In this document: positions 18,417 to 27,800 of the stretch, one piece after another
Numbering within the stretch: position 1 is the stretch's first letter
Layout: every line of letters starts with the position of its first letter
Source: Methanobacteriota archaeon
GTDB lineage: Archaea > Thermoplasmatota > Thermoplasmata > SG8-5 > JAGLSY01
DNA length: 64,000 bases
Direction of reading: 5' to 3'
Assembly (NCBI GenBank): GCA_020697715.1
Contig: JAEHCO010000001.1
Span: 746,149 to 810,148, forward strand
Made by a program: the position numbers and the translations under genes
The notes under the pieces: model-generated
Seen by the model: the letters and a program-made list of their open reading frames with translations, nothing else
What the model was told of the DNA's origin: nothing
Databases searched by the model: none

Positions 18417-20876
18417 ATGGAATTTGATAGGAAAGTGATTAGCATTTTACTAATCACTTCAATGATATTAGCTAGTGTCGCGATAGTTTCTGAGAACGTG
18501 AGTTCCATCGATGTAGGTGGTAAAACTGTCACGGATATTGCCTCCCTTCCAAATGGGGTGACCATCAATGATATCTCATGGATGGATGATGGCTCAATGG
18601 CATTGGCTGTTGGAGCCAATGAATCCGGTGGCTCGAATGCTTTCTGGTATTATCCAAATACCGATCAATGGGTGGCCATCACACCATATTGTGTCGAGGT
18701 GGTCATGGAATTGGTCCATACCCAGACAGCCACAGAAACTGGCCCCTATGCCCTTGCAGACTCGCCTGTTTACAATTACACTTTCTATGTTGATGATGGC
18801 AGTCTTAGTCAGATAGTGGAGGGCGTGGATTACACTTTTGACCCAGTTACGGGACACATAACAATGTTGGCAGGTATAGCTCCTGCTGCAGATATTTTAT
18901 GCTGGTACAATTACTCAGTAAGAGAATTGTTCGCAACTGAATATGATAAGTTCACTGGTAGCTTCGGTATTGTTGGATCATTTATTGATGGTATACAGTC
19001 CAGTGCATTGTACATAACTCCCGGATCCTCGGAAATGATGGAGATATCACATAATGGTGCATGGCCGACCCAGGAACTAAGAGGTATGGATGTGGATGAG
19101 TACGGCAATTTCCTAGCAGTAGGATCAAATGATCTGGTCTTATTCTACAGACTACTGGATGACACTTGGTATGCGGTTGCCGATAATGAAGGTGAGACTG
19201 GCTGGGATTACAATGATGTTAGCTATGAGCTGGAAAATCATAGATACTACCTTGTGGGTGGTAATGCCAGCGGCGGCGTGATCGCATACTGTGACGCTCT
19301 TGCTGATAATACGGCTATACCAGTGAAGCATCACAATTATGATTCTTTTGCCAATATGACCCAGAAGGCGATCATCAATTCCATCGAATGGAACAATGAT
19401 CCGAATAAGTTCGGCGGAAATCAATACGCTTTGTTAGTAGGTGGCTCGGATCTGGTAATGATCCAGCCAATCGATTCAGGATCGCCGATGATCGTTGGCC
19501 CCCAGATCCCGAACATGGTCTTCGAGGATGTTGGATTTGATGAATACTCATGGGCGGATGCGACACTTGTCGGATGGGATCAATCCACTTCCAAAGGTTA
19601 TATTCTTTATTTCACACCCGGGGAATCCAATATAAAGACACTACATTCTGACTTAAGCCAGAAGTTCTATTGTGTGGATTACCGACCACCGAACAGTCCG
19701 TCCTTTGGTTTTGTACTGGGAGCAACTGGAGCAATGAAGATCAATACCAATGCATTTGATATGACCACCAAGCTCTACGTGAACACCGATGTGCCTCATG
19801 TATTCGATATAGACATGTGGGATGCCAGTGATGCTGGTCAGGTCTCGGTGCTCAATACACAGGTCGATGTCAAGAACACATACACCTTTTTCACGGAGGT
19901 GAATTACACTATTGGAGGAGTGGATGAGTTCTGGGACAATAATGACAATGTCAGAGTCATTCTTTGGGCATGGCATGATGAGGGGCAGACAGATACCGAT
20001 TCAAATCCAGAAGGGACCTGGGCCACAGAAGATAATAGGACCCGGCAGTTCAGTGTCGCATGGGATGAGGGGACCACTCTTGTTCCAGGACAGGGATCAG
20101 CCAGTATGTTATATCCTGTTGGAAGCGCAGGAGAGGACGAGTTCAGGCTGGACAGCTACTGGGTCGATCCAACGGGATATGGTTTAGACAGTAGCACCTG
20201 GCGATTGTATTTCAATATAACTTTCGATAATCAAACATGGGCCGCGGATGGAAATGGCTTTGGAAATGGAGCATCATCCAATATTAATGACCCTGGCCAA
20301 TCATTGAACGATATAAATAGCTGGGATATGAGATTCCAGATATATGACCAGAATTTCGTAACAGCACTGAATGAGAGTTATGAGGAGTTCGGAATATTCA
20401 AGTTCACGAACATCAGTGTCAGTGGAAACCCAATGGGCAATGCACCTCCAGGAACCAATGATTCCGCTCTATCACCATTCTCCCAGATCACCTATGCCGC
20501 GAATCTGGATTATTATCTCAATGTATCCATAACCAATCTTTCCAAAGTAGGTGGCGGAGCAGAGATCGGAGCCAATAATATCCGTGTTGAGATGAATGAT
20601 CCGCAGGCCAATAGCACCAATACCCAGTTGAACGACACGTTCAGCTATTTCCCGGATGCGGACATTCCTCTTGGAATTTGGGGGAATGTATCACAACCTG
20701 TTTCTAATTGGGTCTTACCAGCGCCACTGAATGGAACAACAGCCAATGGTCCATTTGGTTCGGATTACAATGCTTACGGTGGAGCCACTGATCTGGAGTG
20801 GTATGCGACCGTTCCGGGGGCCACACTCGAAGGGATCTATGAGGCTGTTATAACGATCACGATAGGGTACTATTGA
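18417..20876 (+). CDS. Array protein A1: secreted beta-propeller scaffold with small (~75 aa) insert and conserved C-terminal domains
   Basis: GGAGG SD before ATG 18417; signal peptide; PHVFDIDMW...TYTFFTEVNY, EEFG, NAPPG motifs; ends GIYEAVITITIGYY. Confidence 0.85.
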   Translation: MEFDRKVISILLITSMILASVAIVSENVSSIDVGGKTVTDIASLPNGVTINDISWMDDGSMALAVGANESGGSNAFWYYPNTDQWVAITPYCVEVVMELVHTQTATETGPYALADSPVYNYTFYVDDGSLSQIVEGVDYTFDPVTGHITMLAGIAPAADILCWYNYSVRELFATEYDKFTGSFGIVGSFIDGIQSSALYITPGSSEMMEISHNGAWPTQELRGMDVDEYGNFLAVGSNDLVLFYRLLDDTWYAVADNEGETGWDYNDVSYELENHRYYLVGGNASGGVIAYCDALADNTAIPVKHHNYDSFANMTQKAIINSIEWNNDPNKFGGNQYALLVGGSDLVMIQPIDSGSPMIVGPQIPNMVFEDVGFDEYSWADATLVGWDQSTSKGYILYFTPGESNIKTLHSDLSQKFYCVDYRPPNSPSFGFVLGATGAMKINTNAFDMTTKLYVNTDVPHVFDIDMWDASDAGQVSVLNTQVDVKNTYTFFTEVNYTIGGVDEFWDNNDNVRVILWAWHDEGQTDTDSNPEGTWATEDNRTRQFSVAWDEGTTLVPGQGSASMLYPVGSAGEDEFRLDSYWVDPTGYGLDSSTWRLYFNITFDNQTWAADGNGFGNGASSNINDPGQSLNDINSWDMRFQIYDQNFVTALNESYEEFGIFKFTNISVSGNPMGNAPPGTNDSALSPFSQITYAANLDYYLNVSITNLSKVGGGAEIGANNIRVEMNDPQANSTNTQLNDTFSYFPDADIPLGIWGNVSQPVSNWVLPAPLNGTTANGPFGSDYNAYGGATDLEWYATVPGATLEGIYEAVITITIGYY

Positions 20877-20908
20877 TGGTCTGATAATAAGGCTGATCTC
20901 CAAAAAGG

Positions 20909-20935
20909 CACAATCGGATAATCTATCCGATTGTG
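20909..20935 (+). terminator. Hairpin after A1
   Basis: CACAATCGGATA-ATC-TATCCGATTGTG perfect 12-bp inverted repeat followed by a T/C-rich tract. Confidence 0.6.
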
Positions 20936-20982
20936 TTATCCTACTTTTCCCCATAATATATAATAGTTACCCAAATAGTATA

Positions 20983-20990
20983 TTTATATA
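20983..20990 (+). promoter_or_regulatory. Putative internal TATA box for A2 onward
   Basis: TTTATATA within the largest (222 nt) intergenic gap of the array. Confidence 0.4.
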
Positions 20991-21098
20991 AAGTAACATA
21001 CAAGCTTTATTCTCTAAGGGGGGTTCCGAAAGGGCTCTGCATGATCCGCATCTCTCAATTATGGGAGGGCGAATTCAATAATAGAGGGGACGAGGCCT

Positions 21099-24000
21099 AT
21101 GTTCAGAAAACGAGTTATAGCTTTGAGCATTGTGATGTTGATGATAGCCAGTGTATTCACAGGAATATCATTTCTAATCACAGCTGAAGATGTTGGAACG
21201 GATCCTATCGAGGATATATCAAGTGCTCCAGCAGGTGTCCAATTGAATGATATCGCATGGCATCCTGATGAGAATATTGCCGTTGCCGTTGGTAATGATT
21301 CGACCAATGGATACATTTACAGATATGAGCCAGATGCTGATAATTGGGCCAATCTCAGAAATTATGTGGGAGATACTTTCAAGGGCGTGACCAGAACCGA
21401 GCCTTGGACCTTCTTTGATGATGCAGAGTCTGATGCTGGATGGACAATAAATTCATGGAGGGGTAACTTGGACTGGGAAAGAAAGAATCCAACAGTCTTG
21501 CCAGTGCCAGGCTCTGGTATCTCTCATGACACTGCATATTCTGGTAATTCAGTATGGTGGTTTGGAAACACCACCACTGGGGATTACAATGATAATAATC
21601 AGATAGTCAGAGGTAGCATGATATCCCCTGTAAAACACATACCAAATATCTCGACCAATGCATACCTATCGTTCCAGCACTGGTTCGATGTTGAGTCCGG
21701 TGGAAGTTATGACTACAGTCATGTCTATATCAAGAACACTACCGACCCAGGATGGACAAATCTGTACACCTGGAACTCTGGATGGGTAAGCTCCAATGGA
21801 GGCGCTGGCACTCACTCGAAGATTTCCTGGACACAAGAGAGATATGATATATCTGACTGGATAGGAAATGATGTCCTTCTTAACTTCACATTTGATTCTG
21901 GGGGAGACGGATCAGCTAATAATTATGCTGGATGGCATATCGATGATATCCAGCTGGAATCCAATGGTATTTTCATGGCTGTGGGTAATCCTGGCGGGGG
22001 TTCTTTCTCCGCTTTCTATACGGATGGTTACAGTCCGATGACCAGTGTGGAAGACCTGGCTGGCTTTGATCTTTATGATGTAGCTGCCGGACCTATTGGG
22101 ACCGCTGTGGCTGTCGGAGCAGGCGGAGCTGCCCTTTACTGGGATGGTGAAGTTTGGCAAGGTCTAAGTGGCCCGGCTGGCACGGACACCCTGGCATCTG
22201 TGGATTGTAATGGCTCGCATTACTTCATTGTAGGCTATGACTCGGGTGACAATGGGATCGGCTTCTTCATAACGGCCAATGAGCTGGCCACAGGGAATTA
22301 TGACATGCACTCAATGCCTGGAGCCCCCACTTACAAGCTCAATAGTGTAAGTTGGTCCAATGATTGTCCGGCTGGCAGTTCGGATAATGGATTGGGAATA
22401 ATCGCCGGAGAAGGAAACATCCTCGGTCTGACCAATCCCGAGTTCTGGCGGCAGAAGGATCCATCAACGGTTCCCACTGGCAGAAGGAATCAGGCCATGT
22501 CCTGGGATGAAGATTACAATCAAATGATAATGTTCGGTGGAAGTAGTGGAGTTAACCTTGGCGATACCTGGGCATATGATATTGGCAATGATGAATGGAA
22601 TAACCTGAACCCAGGAGGCGCCCCATCTGCAAGAGAATACCCCAGGATGGTATACAGTCCAACTGACAATGTTCATATAATGTTCGGGGGCAATGATGGT
22701 GGTGGCTATGATGATGAGACCTGGGTGTACAATTATGCCACAAACTCCTGGACGAACAAGAATCCCAACCCCAGACCCCCTACAAGATCCGAGCACACTA
22801 TGGCCTATGACGAGGTCTATCAAAAGGTCATTCTCTTCGGTGGAAAGAATAATGGTGGAAACCTGGCAGATACATGGGCGTACGATTACCGCACCAACAC
22901 ATGGACCAATATGACCCCCACAATATCAGGAATTCCAAGTGCGAGGTTCCTGAGTGGAATGAGCTATGACGCAATGAACGAAAAGACCATAATGTTCAGT
23001 GGCTGGGGATCTTCAGGAGCCATCAGCGACACTTGGGCCTACGATTATCCCAGCAATACATGGACCGATATGAGTCCAGTACCATCCCCAACAGCGAGAG
23101 ACAGGCATGCCATGACCTTCGATAAGGCTATTGGCCGAAGTGTTGTCCATGCTGGTTGGACCGGAGCTAATGTAGACGATACATGGACATACGATTATGG
23201 GACCAATACCTGGGAGGAAATGACCACACCCACTCGTCCATCTTATAGGTTTGATATGGTAATGGCCTATGCCACACAAGGTGTGATCGTCATGTTCGGA
23301 GGGAACTATCCTGTATCCAATGATGAAACATGGCTATGCAGGCTGAATGTGAACCCATGGGGGGAACCTTCCAGTGTCACGAATGGTGAGAGCTTCACTG
23401 ACACTGCATGGGATACAGCTGGAACAACAGCTATCGTCGTTGGTCATAATACCATATCCGCGGTCCTTTATTCATATCAATCTGGGGATGAGGATGTGAC
23501 TAAATTACAGGATTTGAACAATGTACTGGCTGGCCACGAGCTTTATGGCGTCAGCTGGAGACCTCTGGACCATGGTGCGGAATATGCCATGGCCGTTGGA
23601 GCCAGTGCCTTCAAGCTATGGAGCAATGTCTTTGATGATGGTACCGAAATAACAGTGTCCACTGACAAGCCACACATTTTCCAGCATGGCCTATGGAAGA
23701 CCGCGGATGGTCTATATTCTGCTTCAAAATTGGATAGCCAGCTGGATGTCCGGACAACATACACTTTCTTCGCCGAGGTCAATTACACCATCGGCGACGT
23801 GGATGACCTTATGGATGCGGATGGGAATTCGCGGATCGAGGTAATGGCCTGGTATGATGAAGGGAACACAGGAACATCCAATCCTGAACCGTCATGGGCC
23901 TCTGTTGATAACAGGACCAGGCAATTCAGGCTCATGTGGTTCGAGCAGAATGGACCTGTACCTGCCACAGCCAGTATGCTTTATCCCATTGCCAGTCCAG

Positions 24001-24758
24001 GGATCGACGAGTTCCAATTGGACGGATGGTGGATGGATCCCATCGCCTATGGTGCTGATGGCAATACAAGGAGATTCTTCTTCAATGTCACACTCGGGCC
24101 ACAGACATGGGCAGCGGATGGTAATGGCTTCAGCAATGGCATAGGTGTGCCATCTCACGATAAGGGCGTGGCTCTCAATGATCCAGACAGCTGGGATTTC
24201 AGGGTTCGACTATACGACAATAACTTCGTCAATTCGGCAAATCTCTCATTTGGTGAGTTCGGGATCTTCAGATACACGAACATCACAGTAGCTGGCAACC
24301 CTGGCGGGAATGCACCGCCAGGAACTATGAACTCCGGACTGGGACCGCAGAGCCAGATCACATATTCATCCAATATTCCACATTATGTCAATGTCTCAGT
24401 GGGGGATCTGAACAGACAGGGTGGTGGCGGTAGTATTGCTGCTACGAACATCAATGTCAGTCTCCAGAATGATCTGGGAATTGGATTGAACCCATACACT
24501 GAGATCAATGATGATACTTGGCCCAATGGAAGGGCCTTTACAGGTGCTGGACTAGCCAATGATCGGTGTGTCTGGGGTAATAGAACCCAGCTCATAAAAT
24601 CCATGCCAGCGCCAAAGAACGGGACTACCTCCCATGGACCTTGGGGTTCTGATTTCAATAGCATGGGAGTGACGTACATCAACTGGTGGGCCAATGTGCC
24701 CGGAGCTACGCCTGAAGGTATCTACCAGGCGAGCGTGACATTTACAATAGAATATTAG
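21099..24758 (+). CDS. Array protein A2: scaffold with MAM/immune-inhibitor-like jelly-roll insert and 6-blade Kelch insert
   Basis: FFDDAE...LSFQHWFD.E...GWHIDDI; six PxxRxxxxMxYD...FGG...DTWxYD...W repeats; ends GIYQASVTFTIEY. Confidence 0.85.
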   Translation: MFRKRVIALSIVMLMIASVFTGISFLITAEDVGTDPIEDISSAPAGVQLNDIAWHPDENIAVAVGNDSTNGYIYRYEPDADNWANLRNYVGDTFKGVTRTEPWTFFDDAESDAGWTINSWRGNLDWERKNPTVLPVPGSGISHDTAYSGNSVWWFGNTTTGDYNDNNQIVRGSMISPVKHIPNISTNAYLSFQHWFDVESGGSYDYSHVYIKNTTDPGWTNLYTWNSGWVSSNGGAGTHSKISWTQERYDISDWIGNDVLLNFTFDSGGDGSANNYAGWHIDDIQLESNGIFMAVGNPGGGSFSAFYTDGYSPMTSVEDLAGFDLYDVAAGPIGTAVAVGAGGAALYWDGEVWQGLSGPAGTDTLASVDCNGSHYFIVGYDSGDNGIGFFITANELATGNYDMHSMPGAPTYKLNSVSWSNDCPAGSSDNGLGIIAGEGNILGLTNPEFWRQKDPSTVPTGRRNQAMSWDEDYNQMIMFGGSSGVNLGDTWAYDIGNDEWNNLNPGGAPSAREYPRMVYSPTDNVHIMFGGNDGGGYDDETWVYNYATNSWTNKNPNPRPPTRSEHTMAYDEVYQKVILFGGKNNGGNLADTWAYDYRTNTWTNMTPTISGIPSARFLSGMSYDAMNEKTIMFSGWGSSGAISDTWAYDYPSNTWTDMSPVPSPTARDRHAMTFDKAIGRSVVHAGWTGANVDDTWTYDYGTNTWEEMTTPTRPSYRFDMVMAYATQGVIVMFGGNYPVSNDETWLCRLNVNPWGEPSSVTNGESFTDTAWDTAGTTAIVVGHNTISAVLYSYQSGDEDVTKLQDLNNVLAGHELYGVSWRPLDHGAEYAMAVGASAFKLWSNVFDDGTEITVSTDKPHIFQHGLWKTADGLYSASKLDSQLDVRTTYTFFAEVNYTIGDVDDLMDADGNSRIEVMAWYDEGNTGTSNPEPSWASVDNRTRQFRLMWFEQNGPVPATASMLYPIASPGIDEFQLDGWWMDPIAYGADGNTRRFFFNVTLGPQTWAADGNGFSNGIGVPSHDKGVALNDPDSWDFRVRLYDNNFVNSANLSFGEFGIFRYTNITVAGNPGGNAPPGTMNSGLGPQSQITYSSNIPHYVNVSVGDLNRQGGGGSIAATNINVSLQNDLGIGLNPYTEINDDTWPNGRAFTGAGLANDRCVWGNRTQLIKSMPAPKNGTTSHGPWGSDFNSMGVTYINWWANVPGATPEGIYQASVTFTIEY

Positions 24759-24769
24759 GAGGCTGTAAT

Positions 24770-24841
24770 ATGAAAACCAACACAGAAAAACTGAGCAAGA
24801 ACTTGACGGCCTTCGAACAGAGAAGGGGTGATTCTCAATGA
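24770..24841 (+). CDS. Possible 23-aa bridging ORF between A2 and A3
   Basis: GGAGG SD then MKTNTEKLSKNLTAFEQRRGDSQ*; TGA overlaps the A3 ATG (ATGA). Confidence 0.3.
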   Translation: MKTNTEKLSKNLTAFEQRRGDSQ

Positions 24842-27800
24842 ATCAAAAAATGACCTCAATAGTGATAGTGTGTGCGATGCTGTTGATGGGAATAACCATC
24901 AACATAGACAGTGGCGCCCAAGGGGCCTTCGTGAACTACCAGTCCGTACCATGGGACAGTAACTTCACACCATTGGATTCCGCATGGGATCCAGCCGGAG
25001 ACAATTGTATCGTTGTAGGCAATGATACGTCAGGACTACAGTCAAGTGCCTGGCATTATTATGAGCCTACGGACACTTGGTCTCAGATATCTGAGGCCGG
25101 TGGTTATATGTCAACACCTGGCAATTATGCTGAGAATCAGAACTCTGGAATTTCTTATCCAACTATCCAGGGTGCTATCGACGCGGCCAATGAGGGTGAT
25201 ACCATCGAGGTATGGGCAGGTTCATATACTGAGAATATTGCCGTTGGCATTCCCCTTACCTTGGAGGGAAATGGAAGTTACAACACCGTTATTGACGGCG
25301 CTGGTGCAGGTAATGTCGTCACAATATCAGTAGATGGTGTTGAGTTCAGTGGTTTCACGGTCACTAATTCCGGAGCAGGGAATTCTGGGATATTGCTGTT
25401 CAATTCGGACAATAGCCAGATACATAACAATACTGCTGAGGGAAATGGTTATGGGATACGCCTTGAGGGTTCATCCAACAATATCATTAGGGATAATGAT
25501 GTGGAGAACAATGATGTTGGAATGATAACCACTGACAGTCCAGAGATAAAGAAGATGGTCGGCATAACAGGTTATGGGGGTATGGGCTATGGTACTATGT
25601 TCGACATGGACCCATCTGGAGATAATTATGAAGTTGTACGTTCTTTCACCCCTGCATATGAAGATGGATACAGTCCGCAATTTGGGAAATTGACACAGGA
25701 TATCTTTGATCCCAGTATCCTGTTCGGTATGACGGCAAATGGTGGAACATATAATGAGGGGGTCATTTACAAGGTTCGCACCGATGGATCTGATTATGAG
25801 ATCCTACATGAGTTCAATGGGGGCACGACAGATGGAGGACGTCCATATGATGCCACCCTCCTTCAGATAGGCTCCACTCTTTATGGAATGACCTATGATG
25901 GAGGGATTTCTGATGCTGGAGTAATATTCTCGATCGAAAGAGATGGTACTGGTTTTGACATATTGCATGAATTCTCTACAGGGGCTGGTGGAAATAGTCC
26001 CCGAGGCAGTTTGACATATGATGGCATCAGGCTATACGGAATGACGTATTATGGAGGGGCTGTCTTCAATTATGGTGTTATCTTCTCGATGAACTTGGAT
26101 GGAAGTGCATATACCGTCCTGCGCAGTTTTTCAGCTCCAGATGGAGAATATCCATACGGTAGTTTGATACTGGATATGACTACCGGAACCTCCTTGTTCG
26201 GCATGGCCAGAGTAGGGGGTAGTGGCTATGGGACTATCTTCAGGATCAGTACAGATGGCAGTAGCTTCAATGTCCTGCACACTTTCACAGCACTATCAAC
26301 AGACGGACGCTATCCATATGGTTCTCTGATCCAGGATGGGCTGACCCTTTATGGAATGACGTACCAGGGTGGCAATGCTCTTGGTAATGATGGGTGTGTT
26401 TTTAAGATCCAAACAGATGGTAGTGGATTCACCCTCTTGCACAGCTTTTCAACCTCGGGAGGAGGCTACTATCCATATGGTGATCTGGTGCAAAGCGGCG
26501 GCATGCTTTACGGTATGACGCGCTACGCCACAGGAGGGACTGGAATGATATTTGGAGTAAGCACTGATGGATTAACATACAACACACTGCATACCTTCAC
26601 GAATTCACCAGATGGAGCTTACCCATATGGTGGTCTAATACTGGATGGGGCAACCCTTTACGGAGCAACAGGCAATGGAGGCCTGAACTACGGAGCACTG
26701 TTCAAGATAAACACGGACAGCAGTGGCTATTCTATAATTCATAATTTCGATGGTGTCGAGCATGAAGGAACAAAGCCATCTGGTCGCATGGTGCAAGATG
26801 GGAACACCTTGTATGGAGTTACTGAAGATGGTGGAGCTTATGGTTATGGAACCTTCTACAAGATAAACACGGACTACACGGGTTATACCATCCTGCATAA
26901 TTTCGATTATAATACAGAGGGTTATCCATATGCCAGTAGTGTCATTCAGGTAGGCTCGACATTCTACGGAATGCTTTATGAAGGGAACACGGATGATCAA
27001 GGAAGCCTTTACAAGATAAATGCAGATGGCACTGGATTCACTATCCTTCGTGATTTCGAGGATTGGGATGGAAGCTACCCATCCGGTTATTTAGCCTACA
27101 GCGACCCATACCTTTACGGCATGACAGAGAGCGGAGGCATGTGGGGCGAAGGGGTCTTGTACAGATTACGAACAGATGGGACGGATTTCTCTGTAATGGC
27201 TGAATTCGAATATGGTTCAGGATCACCGGCCTATCCATATTTCAATGGATTGGTCGATGGTGGATCGGTCATGTATGGATTTTCTCAAAATGGAGGGATC
27301 TTCAGCAGGGGATGTATATTCAGCATTGATAAGACAACATGGTTCATGGATGTTCTTTACAGCTTCACTGGCGATGTTGATGGAAGCTATCCTCATGGAG
27401 TTCCGATATTGGATGGCGGATACTTGTACGGGACAGCATCCAGTGATGGAGATGTTGTTGCGAATGATGGTACAATATTCAGAATAAACACCGATGGTAC
27501 CAATTTCGTGGTCCTTCATACTTTCCTTCCTGTTGATGGATCGAACCCATACCAAGGGCTGGCACTAGATGGCAATGAGCTCTATGGGATGACCGGTAAT
27601 GGAGGAGCATTCAATGATGGTACAATATTCAAAATGGATAAGGATACAACTACATTCACGGTCCTTCATGAGTTTTCGAGCAATCCAGATGGAAGAAATC
27701 CTAATTATAATGATATCACTGTGGTCGTAATTCCAGCAGCTCAATCCATGGGCAACCTCATCTACCACAATAATTTCATTGATAATACCCAGCAGGCACA

